Positions 48,859 through 59,235 are shown, counted from the first letter of the stretch. The stretch is 64,000 nucleotides of DNA from a virus (IMGVR_UViG_3300049846_001393:1-64000); one strand, 5' to 3'. Notes: generated by a model not told the origin, from the sequence alone. Translations and numbers: made by a program.

Positions 48859-49371
48859 CTAGCCACCAATCATTTTTTTATACCAAGAGGTTGCAGTCTC
48901 TGGATTCTTAATCAAAAGTGAATTAAAAGCATTTAAAACTATATAAATTCTATACTCAAGAAAATAAGATGGATGCTTGTTAAATGCAACAGCAATTTTT
49001 TCAATTACCTCTATAGAAGGAGAATCTTGTCCAGTTAAAAGTCTCTGTATATGAGACTTGCTTAAACCAGTCTTCACATTCAAAGAACGAACAGATCTTC
49101 CACCAGCCAAAACTTTAAAAGCCTTATCAAACTCTGCTGAAGAGTAGTCCCTGTCAAGTATCTTATTAAGTCTTTCTAAGCCATCTGTCTTAGTGAGACT
49201 CGGTCTCTTCCCAGGGGTAGAAACTTTTCGCTCAGACTTCAGAACATCGCCAAGCATCTTGATGAATACATCGTCATGTTCTATTGCATCAGACCAATCG
49301 ACGCCATCAATGCTTGGATACATTGACTTAATTTTTTCGTATCTCTTGTCCCAAGAAGTTTTCTTTGACAT
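48859..49371 (-). CDS. XRE-like HTH protein
   Basis: SVRSLNVKTGLSKSHIQRLLTGQDSPSIEVIEKIAVAF..HPSYF. Confidence 0.75.
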   Translation of the reverse strand: MSKKTSWDKRYEKIKSMYPSIDGVDWSDAIEHDDVFIKMLGDVLKSERKVSTPGKRPSLTKTDGLERLNKILDRDYSSAEFDKAFKVLAGGRSVRSLNVKTGLSKSHIQRLLTGQDSPSIEVIEKIAVAFNKHPSYFLEYRIYIVLNAFNSLLIKNPETATSWYKKMIGG

Positions 49372-50036
49372 TATAGATCACGAATCCAAGTTGCTTGATT
49401 TTTTCTAAGTGCCTTATCAATTTCTTCAAACTCTTCAAATCTGCCCTTAAACCAATCAACTAGATTTTGCAGATTTGCACCAAACTCTTTTCTTTCAGAA
49501 TCAGAAGAATTCTCATAAAGAGTTATCAGTGCTCTTGCTTCCATTAGCAATTCGATTGCTTTTGCAGCTTGCTCATTCCTTGAAATACCAAACTCTTTTG
49601 CCCTGATTCCAAGCATCTGAATATATTCAGCTATAGAATCGCCCTTATCCTTATCACGAGTTGACTTATCGATACCAAGATCCTTTTTAATTCCTCGGAT
49701 CTCTCTTGAATATGTCTCAATAGACTTCTGAACTTCAGTTGGATTAATCTTACGACCATAATAGTCTTCTTCTGCAAGAATCCATATACCCCAACGATAA
49801 CACATAAGTTCCATAACAAGAATTCTGTCAAGCTCCAAAATATCTGAAACGTTTTTAAACTTGTTATCAGTCAAGTACCTCTTATGAACTTGATCATAGT
49901 AATCAGCTTCAGACTGATTCATTACTTTGATCGTAGCCCCAGATGGAGTAGTAACATCTACGCCAAGAACTAGACCCTCGTCATCATCATCAATTATCTG
50001 GCTAATATCGAAATCGTCAGTCATGATACCTATCAT
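49371..50036 (-). CDS. putative terminase small subunit
   Basis: Helical 221-aa protein two genes upstream of TerL; IKKDLGIDKSTRDK. Confidence 0.45.
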   Translation of the reverse strand: MIGIMTDDFDISQIIDDDDEGLVLGVDVTTPSGATIKVMNQSEADYYDQVHKRYLTDNKFKNVSDILELDRILVMELMCYRWGIWILAEEDYYGRKINPTEVQKSIETYSREIRGIKKDLGIDKSTRDKDKGDSIAEYIQMLGIRAKEFGISRNEQAAKAIELLMEARALITLYENSSDSERKEFGANLQNLVDWFKGRFEEFEEIDKALRKNQATWIRDL

Positions 50037-50068
50037 TTACGAACTAAATGTCCCAGTATTTAGGGACA

Positions 50069-51040
50069 CTAAATCATATCATTCATGACCTGATCATAAA
50101 CCCATGAATAAGTCTTCTCAAGGCCGGCCTTCAATGACTCACTCGGCTTCCACCCTAAAACCTCTTCAATCAAAGTGTTATCACTATTTCTACCTCGAAC
50201 ACCTTGAGGAGCTTCCAAATTGTAGACCCTCTGAAGATTGACGCCACCAATCTCCTCAACAATCGAAACAAGCTGATTAATTGAAACAAGTTCGCTGCTT
50301 CCAAGATTTAAAGGATCGTGATAAGAGCGGCTCATCATTCTTGATATACCATCAAGACATTCATCAACATAAAGGAAAGATCTGGTCTGATTGCCATCTC
50401 CCCAAATTTCAATAATTTTATCACCAGTAATTGCAGCAACTGCAACCTTTCGACAAATTGCTGCTGGAGCCTTTTCTCTCCCACCCTTGTAAGTGCCATA
50501 TGGACCAAAGATATTATGGAATCTAGCAATAACTGTTTCTAGGCCAGTCTCTAACCTATAAAACATAGCTATCTCTTCACCAAACAACTTCTCCATCCCA
50601 TAGCCAGGCTCTGGATCTGCTGGCCAAGCATCTGTTTCTTTGAGAGAAACTTGCTCAATTTGCTGAATCTTGTCATTGTAAACACACGCAGATGAAGCAT
50701 AGAAAAACTGCGAAACCTCGTTCAGTTCTGATGCTCTCAGCATATTGATGGTCACAAGAGCTGACTGCATACAGTCAACCCTATGAGTTGCAATGAAACC
50801 CATACCACCCATATCTGCTGCTAGATTATAGACAACATCTGCACCAATCGTCTTATCGCAACAATTATCAAAATCTCTAAGATCGCAATCAGGTCTATTC
50901 TTAGCGTTACGATGAACCTGATACCACTCTTCAAGTGGCTTAATATCTACAGCGGTAACAGAATTACCTTTTGCCAAAAGTTTTTTAACAAGATGACCAC
51001 CGATGAAACCACCAGCACCAGCAACAACTACATTATTCAT
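50069..51040 (-). CDS. GDP-mannose 3,5-epimerase-like NAD-dependent SDR
   Basis: GAGGFIG, YNLAADMGGMGFI, YASSACVY, AWPADP..GYGMEK, RFHNIFGPYGT..GGREKAPAAICRK, GVRGRNSDN. Confidence 0.9.
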   Translation of the reverse strand: MNNVVVAGAGGFIGGHLVKKLLAKGNSVTAVDIKPLEEWYQVHRNAKNRPDCDLRDFDNCCDKTIGADVVYNLAADMGGMGFIATHRVDCMQSALVTINMLRASELNEVSQFFYASSACVYNDKIQQIEQVSLKETDAWPADPEPGYGMEKLFGEEIAMFYRLETGLETVIARFHNIFGPYGTYKGGREKAPAAICRKVAVAAITGDKIIEIWGDGNQTRSFLYVDECLDGISRMMSRSYHDPLNLGSSELVSINQLVSIVEEIGGVNLQRVYNLEAPQGVRGRNSDNTLIEEVLGWKPSESLKAGLEKTYSWVYDQVMNDMI

Positions 51041-51552
51041 GATTTACTCGCAATAAAAAGATCCATAGAACGATTAAGTTCAATATCAAAATTATATAAT
51101 CTTGACAAATTGTGAATATCTGCCATAGACGGATATCCCTCTTCTGAGCCAAACAGTCTTAAATCATCAACGATGACAATATGTGACTGATAAGACTTAA
51201 AAATAGTTATCAGTTCTCTTACTATAGGGGTTTCGGAAGGAGGCATAAGACCATCAGATCGATTCACATTATGTGCATCAAGAAACCATACAGCAGGCTC
51301 ATGGATATGAAACTCAAATAAATCAATCCAATCACTAGAATCACCATGAATTAATTTAATATTATTAGTGTTCCAAAATCTTTCAATACAAGAACGATAA
51401 AGATCTTCCATAAATTCAATAGAAATTACCTGCTTAAAATTTTGAGAAGCCCAAAAAGTTGTCTCACCAACAGCAGTCCCAGTCTCAACAAAAACATCTC
51501 TACCATCTTTGACAGATAATACTATATCATAAAATTCTTCTGGATTATTCAT
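51037..51552 (-). CDS. class I SAM-methyltransferase-fold protein
   Basis: FVETGT..G.T, ISIE, HGDSS, WFLDAH, IVVDDLRLF. Confidence 0.75.
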   Translation of the reverse strand: MNNPEEFYDIVLSVKDGRDVFVETGTAVGETTFWASQNFKQVISIEFMEDLYRSCIERFWNTNNIKLIHGDSSDWIDLFEFHIHEPAVWFLDAHNVNRSDGLMPPSETPIVRELITIFKSYQSHIVIVDDLRLFGSEEGYPSMADIHNLSRLYNFDIELNRSMDLFIASKS

Positions 51553-52295
51553 AGCGGATCTTTCGCTTTCAAAGTTTTCAAAATGTAAGAATGAGTTCTA
51601 TCAATCTCTGGAGATTGCTTTCTCCAATCTGAAACAGGGTTGACTGTGTTATATACATATAAAGGAATATCTATATATTTGTATCTTCCACCAGCAAGTT
51701 CAAGACAAGGAATCATTACAGCAGTATCACCAGCACACTTAAACCAAGAACCATCTGGCCAAGTAAAATCAGACTCATCTAAATTTTTGAAAAGCAAATA
51801 CTTAACTGTTCTAAGATGATTAAAAAGAATCCCATGTTTATAAGCAGACTTTCTATAGGAGTTCGCCAAAACAACTTCTCTTGGATAAGGAGCTGGTTGA
51901 GGGCAGGTTTTTGAATATGGCTCTGTTACATAATTTCCATAAGTCATCAAGTAATTACCAGAACTATAAACCGCTTCCAGCCTTTTTAGAACATTTCTAT
52001 TTATAAGCCAATCGTCACCATCAACCCAAACAATAACATCATCATCTTCGGGCTCTAGCTTTGAGATTGCTTCTACTTGAGAATATAAAGCCCCTTTATT
52101 ATTTTTATGAAGGATGCTTAACCAGCCATGCTCTTCACAAAAAGACCTTATAAAAGGCCACTGGTTTCTATCAGTAGAAGCATCATCAACAACACATACA
52201 TTATAATTCGTATATGACTGATCAGCGATAGAAGCCAGCGTCTTAGGAAGCCAATCCATAGAATTATAACTTGCTACAACTATCTGAAACTTCAT
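51549..52295 (-). CDS. GT2 glycosyltransferase
   Basis: IVVASYN, VVDDASTD, WVDGDDWL. Confidence 0.88.
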   Translation of the reverse strand: MKFQIVVASYNSMDWLPKTLASIADQSYTNYNVCVVDDASTDRNQWPFIRSFCEEHGWLSILHKNNKGALYSQVEAISKLEPEDDDVIVWVDGDDWLINRNVLKRLEAVYSSGNYLMTYGNYVTEPYSKTCPQPAPYPREVVLANSYRKSAYKHGILFNHLRTVKYLLFKNLDESDFTWPDGSWFKCAGDTAVMIPCLELAGGRYKYIDIPLYVYNTVNPVSDWRKQSPEIDRTHSYILKTLKAKDPL

Positions 52296-52936
52296 TAGTC
52301 AATTCTCTTTTTTCCATGAAAAATTCCGCCATAAATATGATTAGGATATTTATGTGGAATAATTGTAACTTCAAAAAAGGCTCCAAGATATCTAACCCAA
52401 TCACCCCATCTTGGATCTGGACCATGAAACTCTCCAGTAATTCTTTCAACTTTCATCAAAGACTCTGGAGAAGCATTCAAAATAATATCTACCTCAGCGC
52501 CTTCAACATCAATCTTTAGAATATCGATAACTGAAAAAGATTCCGTAAGTTCATCAAAAGAAATTGACTCTACAGCAATAGAGTTTTCCCCTGACTGCAC
52601 AGCAGTTCCACCGCAATCAGCAACGATACTCACTCCATTAGAGTCAGACCAAACTGCCTTATTTATCAAGTTGATATTAGAAATATGTCCACAGTTTTTT
52701 TCTAAGACAGAAAAGTTGTCTGGCTCAGGCTCAACAGAAGTAACAGAACAGTTAGGAAACTTTCTAACAATTCTCGAAGAGAACGCACCAATATTTGCAC
52801 CAATATCTAAAACAATAGAAACATCATTCATAGTTTCAATTTCATAAACATCATGCAAAAAGATTTCATTTAAAACAAATTCATCTGAAGTTTCTGGCCT
52901 ATAATAAAGATCGCTTCTCTCATCAAGTTCTAACAT
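52295..52936 (-). CDS. FkbM-family methyltransferase
   Basis: LDIGANIG, VEPEP.N, ILKIDVEGAE, GEFH. Confidence 0.9.
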   Translation of the reverse strand: MLELDERSDLYYRPETSDEFVLNEIFLHDVYEIETMNDVSIVLDIGANIGAFSSRIVRKFPNCSVTSVEPEPDNFSVLEKNCGHISNINLINKAVWSDSNGVSIVADCGGTAVQSGENSIAVESISFDELTESFSVIDILKIDVEGAEVDIILNASPESLMKVERITGEFHGPDPRWGDWVRYLGAFFEVTIIPHKYPNHIYGGIFHGKKRID

Positions 52937-53522
52937 AAAAAGCATCTCCCCATCCAAACGGAGTCATTTCTGTAAGAACACGATCAAAATCTTTTAAGAA
53001 GTCATCCAGATCAGAAATCAAACAACAACCCTCATAGAGTTCATTCTCATTAACTTCTGTGTAAATGTAATCAACATTATCAAGCAAAGAACCCATACCC
53101 TTTAGTGCAAGAAGTTCTGCCCCCTGAATATCTAGGTTCAGAAAGTTGAACTCTTTTTCGATTCCAAGGTTTTCAATCTTATACATAGTTACAGTTCTAG
53201 AAGAAACATATTCAACTTCTGGGTGAACCTCAGCGTGAGTTCCCAATTCAAGAATAGAACTTGACTGTCCATTATTGGCTTCGTGGAATGTAACCTCTTT
53301 ACCAGTCTCGTCCCCGACGACAGCACAAATAACAGTATGAGAAGTTGGTACGATTTTTCTGATCTTGTCAGCCCTTCTTGGATCTGCCTCAACCCAAACC
53401 ACATCACTGACCTTATTGTGCTGGTAAATATCTACTTCTTCAGCAAGGTGACCTCCAACATGGAGAACGCCAGTGACTGGAGTATCAAAGAATCTTGACA
53501 AATCCTGCCAATCAATCAACAT
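52923..53522 (-). CDS. FkbM-family methyltransferase
   Basis: GVLHVGGH..EE, WVEA, SSSIL, LNLDIQGAELLALKG, YTEVN..ELY, WGDAFY. Confidence 0.88.
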   Translation of the reverse strand: MLIDWQDLSRFFDTPVTGVLHVGGHLAEEVDIYQHNKVSDVVWVEADPRRADKIRKIVPTSHTVICAVVGDETGKEVTFHEANNGQSSSILELGTHAEVHPEVEYVSSRTVTMYKIENLGIEKEFNFLNLDIQGAELLALKGMGSLLDNVDYIYTEVNENELYEGCCLISDLDDFLKDFDRVLTEMTPFGWGDAFYVRT

Positions 53523-54318
53523 TTTTTTCAGTCCAATCTGAAGGAATCATCCTTCTCCAAGGGATATGCCTAACTGCAGGATCTGTGCCAAACCAGCGGG
53601 ATGGGTAGAAACCTTTTTTGCTTTCAGAAAGAAATGCTCCCCACCAAGAAAAAGTTGAGTTAGCAATTATGTGCTGCTTACACATAGCCATGCTGAATAG
53701 ATCAAGATAGTCAGAGGGTTCGCCCAATCTATCCGCAACCTCAACTGGTCTTGGAGTTCCTTTAAAGAAAATAACTTTACCAGAATCAACTAGATTCGAA
53801 GTAAACTCATCTGTCTTATAATTAAATATTACTTGCTTTATTGAATCAGAAAAAACATAAAATACTGTTTCTGGATCGGACGAAAGAGCATCCTGCATTG
53901 CAGATGAATAATATTGCATTGTTGGAATTGGAAAATGGTTTGGATGATTTAGATAATCTCCAAGACGATGATGAATAGAACAACCGTGAGACTTCATTGA
54001 CTCAGCGTTGTCTCCAACATATTCAAGCGTATCATTGAGTGCCCTATCCGAAGGTTGGAAAATTGACCAGATGTAAGAATTAATCTGCTGCCAATAGTGT
54101 AGTTCTTGGTAATACTCAAATCCACCATCAATAGAATCATCTGAAGCAGTTGCAAAAAGAGAATCTGGAACTGAGAAGAACGGTCGATATTCCCAACTTG
54201 GAACAACAACACCATTACCACCGTTGCGATCAGCCTCTCCCAATGTCCAAGCAATCTGCCACAACTGATTACCAAGTCTTCCAGCTAAACCAAGATTTTT
54301 GAAACTAAATTCTCTCAT
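53512..54318 (-). CDS. GT11 alpha-1,2-fucosyltransferase-like
   Basis: GRLGNQLWQ, SIHHRLGDY, YVFSD, IIANSTFSWWGAFL. Confidence 0.9.
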   Translation of the reverse strand: MREFSFKNLGLAGRLGNQLWQIAWTLGEADRNGGNGVVVPSWEYRPFFSVPDSLFATASDDSIDGGFEYYQELHYWQQINSYIWSIFQPSDRALNDTLEYVGDNAESMKSHGCSIHHRLGDYLNHPNHFPIPTMQYYSSAMQDALSSDPETVFYVFSDSIKQVIFNYKTDEFTSNLVDSGKVIFFKGTPRPVEVADRLGEPSDYLDLFSMAMCKQHIIANSTFSWWGAFLSESKKGFYPSRWFGTDPAVRHIPWRRMIPSDWTEKNVD

Positions 54319-54967
54319 CAGACCAACCATATCTTAATGCATAATCTTTATTAAAAAGATTCCTATTTCTTATCTCATCTGCAGTATTAAAATCTGAATC
54401 ACCTCTGGGATGCCATAAGTGGCATACGTGCGATCCACATCTCAAATGCTTACCAATTGTATTATCTAGTTTTAATCTGAAGGCTACGTCTTCCCAGCCC
54501 CAACCCCTAAATCTTTCATCATAAAAACCAGCATCATTATACATATCTCTAGTTAATACTAACGCACCAGCCCAAGAAAGTATTTTAAAATCAAACTCTA
54601 AATTGTCTTCATCTTCACAAATTGACAAATCTTTTGATATAAATATTTTCTCAGTAAAGTCTTTTGTTAAATTATAATAATTCTGGTATGGTATTACCCA
54701 AGTGTTTTTATCTTTTACAAGCTGTATAGCATCGAGAATTGCGTCCATGCTCACCCAAGTATCAGCATCAAGAATAACAAGAAACTCTCCTTTGGCCTGA
54801 AGGAAGGCGTTGTTGCGGGCTCTTGATCTGTTCATGGACTGCTCATAGTCGTAACCAACGACTAACTCGCAATCATTAGATGATTTAACATAATCTTTGA
54901 TTAGGTTAAAAGACTGCAGTCGATATTTATCTTTTGTGTCATTCCATGGAATTATAAAAGAAATCAT
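54305..54967 (-). CDS. GT2/GT7-like glycosyltransferase
   Basis: SFIIPW, NRSRARN, ILDAD, GFYDERFRGWGWEDVAF, HLWH. Confidence 0.88.
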   Translation of the reverse strand: MISFIIPWNDTKDKYRLQSFNLIKDYVKSSNDCELVVGYDYEQSMNRSRARNNAFLQAKGEFLVILDADTWVSMDAILDAIQLVKDKNTWVIPYQNYYNLTKDFTEKIFISKDLSICEDEDNLEFDFKILSWAGALVLTRDMYNDAGFYDERFRGWGWEDVAFRLKLDNTIGKHLRCGSHVCHLWHPRGDSDFNTADEIRNRNLFNKDYALRYGWSDERI

Positions 54968-54970
54968 GTT

Positions 54971-55597
54971 TTAATCCAAATAAACGTTTTTTATAGTTCT
55001 TGAAAAAGGCTTATATTCTGAAACTATCTGTGAATATACCTTTGAATGTAAAGAATGATCTGTATTTCTACTACCTTCACGAACACCAATGCAATAAATA
55101 GCTTTTTCAACTACTTTAATATTTGAATTAGCATTACATATAAGATTAAGAAAAAGTTCCCAATCTTCTAAAATTGGATACTCTTTGAAACCACCGACTT
55201 TTATAAAGTCATATCTAGAAACCATCGATCCAATAACACAACTATTAGAAGTGAAAATGTCTCTGTTCGGAATAACAGATGGAGCTGGATCAGCTTCTCC
55301 AGATTCGTAGAAACCCATAGTCATTGGCTTAAAAATTATTGGACCATGAGAAACGTCTAATGCGTTATGCATTGCAATCAAATAATCTTCATGCAAAAAA
55401 TCATCAGCATCTAAGAAAACAATAAAGTCAGCATTAGACATTTTTGCTCCACGATTCCTTGCCTTAGCTAAAGAATCTGAGTGGACAGAAATGACATTAT
55501 TAAGACCTTCAAGAGTTGACATCGAATGACAAAGATCTGAGTTCTTGTCCTCCCAGTCTTTCGAACCAAATGTTCCAACAACAATATCAATCAACAT
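54971..55597 (-). CDS. GT2 glycosyltransferase
   Basis: LAKARNRG, FLDADD, VGGF....EDWEL. Confidence 0.85.
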   Translation of the reverse strand: MLIDIVVGTFGSKDWEDKNSDLCHSMSTLEGLNNVISVHSDSLAKARNRGAKMSNADFIVFLDADDFLHEDYLIAMHNALDVSHGPIIFKPMTMGFYESGEADPAPSVIPNRDIFTSNSCVIGSMVSRYDFIKVGGFKEYPILEDWELFLNLICNANSNIKVVEKAIYCIGVREGSRNTDHSLHSKVYSQIVSEYKPFSRTIKNVYLD

Positions 55598-56297
55598 TTA
55601 AACCAACAACATTCGGATACTTTTCATACTTGCCATCAGAAAGTATGGATTTTATATGTGAAATGCTATGACCAGGTCTAGAAATATATCTGTTATATTT
55701 CTCTAAACGATCAGACTCTTTAGCATACCCAAAATGCAACATCTTAATATCATACTGATTTGCTGGATTGCCCCTAGCATAAAGAGGCTCAGAACCGCAG
55801 CCCATAGAAGCAGCCGGCCAAGAAGCGTTTCCCTGGAACCTAAAAAATCTAGGAGAACAGATGCTATCCCAATAAGGATCTACCCTTACTGATAGCGAGT
55901 CGCCATCGACACCAAAAACCTCAAGAAAATGAATCTTCACAGAATCACTACCCAGTTCAGTGCACTTAAGAAGTGAATCGTGCAGCGGGAGACCAGAGTA
56001 TAAAAACTCGTCTGCATCAAATGCGAGAACCCAGTCCTCTTCAGAAGGACTCAGCAAATCTTCAAAGTATGTCCATGCCTGCGATCTAAACATGCTTTCG
56101 TTTTCAAGAAAGGATGGAGATGAATCAGGTCTGACCGCAACGGTTGCAAAGTCAGAAGCAATATTCACAGAATCATCAGTAGATCTATCATCAAAAATAA
56201 AAATTTCATCAAGAAAAGAAGAAGACCATTCAAGACATTCTTTCAGATATCTATCCGACTCATTCTTCATAACCATGAGTCCATAAATTTTAGTCAT
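55587..56297 (-). CDS. GT2-like glycosyltransferase
   Basis: MKNE..YL, FDDRSTDDS, WVLAFDADEF, LHFGY. Confidence 0.85.
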   Translation of the reverse strand: MTKIYGLMVMKNESDRYLKECLEWSSSFLDEIFIFDDRSTDDSVNIASDFATVAVRPDSSPSFLENESMFRSQAWTYFEDLLSPSEEDWVLAFDADEFLYSGLPLHDSLLKCTELGSDSVKIHFLEVFGVDGDSLSVRVDPYWDSICSPRFFRFQGNASWPAASMGCGSEPLYARGNPANQYDIKMLHFGYAKESDRLEKYNRYISRPGHSISHIKSILSDGKYEKYPNVVGLNVD

Positions 56298-57072
56298 GAT
56301 CTATACCATGGGCTTCACAAAATTCAACAAAAATCTTCTTTGCCTCACCCATCCTTGAATCAACTTCACCGCCAACAGGGGACGACTTATGCCATTCATG
56401 AATCATCTCAGCATTACCAAGGTACCAAACCTCTTTACCATGAGCCTGTGCGTGATAGGCGCAACCGGTTTCCTCATAGTAATGCTGCGTTGGAAGAAAG
56501 GCCCCAATTACATCTGGAAACATTGATGCATAAATGCTACAATTTGTTAATTCAGACCAAAGATCTCTTTTGATAAAAAATGCTGACCCAGAAACTGTAA
56601 CAGCCTTACGATCAAAGCGTAGCTCTTGGAGTCTTGGTGATCTCCAACCATTATGCTGTGGCTTTTCTAGCGTTCCAAAGATACCACCATGAGTTGCTCT
56701 AAAAGTTGAGTCGTACTGCAATGGGCCAACAATACCAACATCTGGATTTGAGTCCAAAAAATCTACACAGTAGTCAACACATTCATTATCAACAAATCTT
56801 GTGTCAGAATTAAAGAAGGCTAGAACATCTGCATCAGAGTTAAATCCAGCATAGTTGCAAGCCAAAGCATATCCAAGATTCCAGTCTGATCTAACCGACC
56901 AAGCATCTGACGGAATTTTTAAGTCATCAAAACCATCTTCAGAATCTACATCAATAATAGTTAGATGGCTTTCTGTTTTTGGTTTAAACTGCTCATAAGA
57001 ATCAATGAAAGCCTGAAGTAGATCATAAGTTCTATAATTTATGACAGAAATTTCTACTTTCAAAATCCACAC
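56290..57072 (-). CDS. GT2 glycosyltransferase (rhamnosyltransferase-like)
   Basis: VINY.T, NLGYALACN, FFNSD, VSGSAF, HYYEE. Confidence 0.85.
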   Translation of the reverse strand: MWILKVEISVINYRTYDLLQAFIDSYEQFKPKTESHLTIIDVDSEDGFDDLKIPSDAWSVRSDWNLGYALACNYAGFNSDADVLAFFNSDTRFVDNECVDYCVDFLDSNPDVGIVGPLQYDSTFRATHGGIFGTLEKPQHNGWRSPRLQELRFDRKAVTVSGSAFFIKRDLWSELTNCSIYASMFPDVIGAFLPTQHYYEETGCAYHAQAHGKEVWYLGNAEMIHEWHKSSPVGGEVDSRMGEAKKIFVEFCEAHGIDHD

Positions 57073-57767
57073 CTTTTATCAATCACAGTAATCATATTTT
57101 TACTCATAACATGCTTATTGCTAACTTTTCCGTCCCAAATGAGTTTTCCACCAGCGGCCTTAACGTTTGCGGACCATCCAAGATCTTCACCGTTCTTGTG
57201 CCAAGAATAGTCAATATTATAAGCAAATGGTTTCATCAATTTTGCAGCCATAATAATATCAACAGTTGCGATATCGTCAGTATCTCTTCTATAAAATCTT
57301 ACCATGTCGCCATCTGACCAATACCCCATGCTTGGATGAACCCTTGTTGTTTCTGACATATAGCACTTCATTCCAACAGCACAAGCATCGGTATGCACAC
57401 TTAAAGCAGACAATGCAGATGTGATTGCAGTTTCAGCCAAGAGGATATCTGAATCTAGACTCAAGAAAAGATCTGGAGCATACTCACGAACACCAGCAAG
57501 AAGTTCGTTTCTTAGATATGTCATATGAGAATATCTAGAGTCATTCCATCTTCTTTTATCTTCTCTTAGGTCTTCATCAATAACTCTTACTATAGAGTTT
57601 TCTAGAGAAGATAGATCGTTTAGATCCTTCTTGTTCTTATTTCCTGCAACAAAAATAAACTGAAAATCGGAGATTCCAGCATTAAAGCAGGCAAGATTTA
57701 CATGATCAATCCACTTGTCAAGAATCCAACCCCTATCACTATATGGGCATCCAATTAAAAGTCTCAA
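57060..57767 (-). CDS. GT-A fold glycosyltransferase
   Basis: LLIGCP, LRNELL, LSLDSD, GEDLGW; TTG start at 57767 overlapping the upstream stop. Confidence 0.75.
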   Translation of the reverse strand: MRLLIGCPYSDRGWILDKWIDHVNLACFNAGISDFQFIFVAGNKNKKDLNDLSSLENSIVRVIDEDLREDKRRWNDSRYSHMTYLRNELLAGVREYAPDLFLSLDSDILLAETAITSALSALSVHTDACAVGMKCYMSETTRVHPSMGYWSDGDMVRFYRRDTDDIATVDIIMAAKLMKPFAYNIDYSWHKNGEDLGWSANVKAAGGKLIWDGKVSNKHVMSKNMITVIDKRCGF

Positions 57768-57988
57768 ATCTTTACCAATCTGTGAGAAGGGCAAACACGC
57801 TTTTCGTCCCCTGACTTTGGGACATATTCTTCACCGTATACAAGTGAAACTTTCTCAACCTGAACTGTCGCAAACTTTCCAGTAAAATTAACTATTTTAC
57901 CAAGATAAAAAGTTTGAGATGTATTAGTATTCGCAATTGCAATAACTTTAGAACCAAGATCAAGAATATTACCAAAAGCATCAAGCAT
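57764..57988 (-). CDS. hypothetical SH3-like small protein
   Basis: MLDAFG..L.LG..V pattern, coupled ORF. Confidence 0.55.
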   Translation of the reverse strand: MLDAFGNILDLGSKVIAIANTNTSQTFYLGKIVNFTGKFATVQVEKVSLVYGEEYVPKSGDEKRVCPSHRLVKI

Positions 57989-58427
57989 TCTCTTGGCCCC
58001 ACTTAGCCATCAAACAAGCTTCAGCCCTACCATGATCCTTTTTTCTTTTAAAAAGATCGCATGAAGATGGCCAAGTATCTATAGCCCTAGCTCTAGCCAT
58101 CTCCTTGTCAGAAGAAAGTCCCATAGATGCCTTCCATTTTCTAGGAGTAACATGCATTATTGGCAACTTCAACGCACCAAAAACTCCGAGTAAAGTTCCA
58201 TAAGACTGACCAAACTTGAAAGTTGATGCAACACCCTGACCTGGCATTGATCCAACTTTTTCAACAATGACAATATCTGGAGTGCCGTGCTTAATAACTA
58301 AATCAGATAGAGCAGCAGCATCAACCCTACCATCCATTACAGGCATATCTACTGCATCTAAGATATTGCCATCCATTACCCATGCAATGGCTCCAGAAAG
58401 GCCAGGGTCAACACCAACAACAAGCAT
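57981..58427 (-). CDS. RuvC-like Holliday junction resolvase
   Basis: VGVDPGLSGA, IVEKV.SMPGQGVASTFKFG, P.KWK, DHGRAEACL. Confidence 0.88.
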   Translation of the reverse strand: MLVVGVDPGLSGAIAWVMDGNILDAVDMPVMDGRVDAAALSDLVIKHGTPDIVIVEKVGSMPGQGVASTFKFGQSYGTLLGVFGALKLPIMHVTPRKWKASMGLSSDKEMARARAIDTWPSSCDLFKRKKDHGRAEACLMAKWGQENA

Positions 58428-58804
58428 CAGTCATCTTCCTCAAGAAGACTTTGAATCTCCTTCTTTACTTCCATAATCTTAAAAGTAGTTGCTCTATTTT
58501 TATTTTCAACATCAATATCAATTTTTGCAAGAACCATATTAAACTCTATCTTAATACAAGTACCATCATCTGAAAGGCTGATAGCATCAGGTAGCCAATC
58601 ATCTACAGTGTCATACATGACAGCAGTAGCTCTCTTAATTCTTTCAGTGATTGCTTCACGGTACTCTGGATTCATTTCAGAATATATCCTTTGAGAATTT
58701 ATTGTTCTTTCAAATTCAGTAAATCTTGACTCCCAAAGAAGTGCAGGAGTGATCGCATCAACAAAAATTTTTATATCAAAATCTTCTATTTCGAACTGTT
58801 CCAC
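58427..58804 (-). CDS. hypothetical protein
   Basis: Coupled ORF. Confidence 0.6.
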   Translation of the reverse strand: MEQFEIEDFDIKIFVDAITPALLWESRFTEFERTINSQRIYSEMNPEYREAITERIKRATAVMYDTVDDWLPDAISLSDDGTCIKIEFNMVLAKIDIDVENKNRATTFKIMEVKKEIQSLLEEDD

Positions 58805-58841
58805 TCAGCAATCATATTCGGAAAAATAGTCGTATAAACCC

Positions 58842-58863
58842 AAAAAGCCCGCCGAAGCGGGCT
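58842..58863 (-). terminator. intrinsic terminator with UUCG tetraloop
   Basis: AGCCCGC-TTCG-GCGGGCT-TTTT on the minus strand. Confidence 0.85.
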
Positions 58864-58890
58864 AATCGGAGCTATTGCTAGTTTTAGCTT

Positions 58891-59229
58891 TTAATCTTCA
58901 TCATCCCAATTATCAACAATATCCTTTAGAGACTCAAGTTCAACCTCAAACTCAGTTGGGGCAGCACGCTTAAACTCTTTTTGGATTTCGTATGACTCTG
59001 GATTAAGAACCCTATCTGACCATGCAGAGTCTGATACAGTAAACATGGTACTCATGTATATCTTAACCTTACCCTCTTTAACCAGATTTGGAACTTCATC
59101 ATCATTGAAGTCCTCGTCCTCACCCTCGTCTGGGAAAACTGCAGCATCTACAGCGGTCATATGAATGCCGATACTTGACATAGCAGCTTCAACATCTTCA
59201 ATAACTGGTATAAGAAACTCGTGATCCAT
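58891..59229 (-). CDS. acidic hypothetical protein, probably leaderless
   Basis: ATG 6 nt downstream of the -10 box; MDHEFLIP. Confidence 0.65.
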   Translation of the reverse strand: MDHEFLIPVIEDVEAAMSSIGIHMTAVDAAVFPDEGEDEDFNDDEVPNLVKEGKVKIYMSTMFTVSDSAWSDRVLNPESYEIQKEFKRAAPTEFEVELESLKDIVDNWDDED

Positions 59230-59235
59230 GCCACA

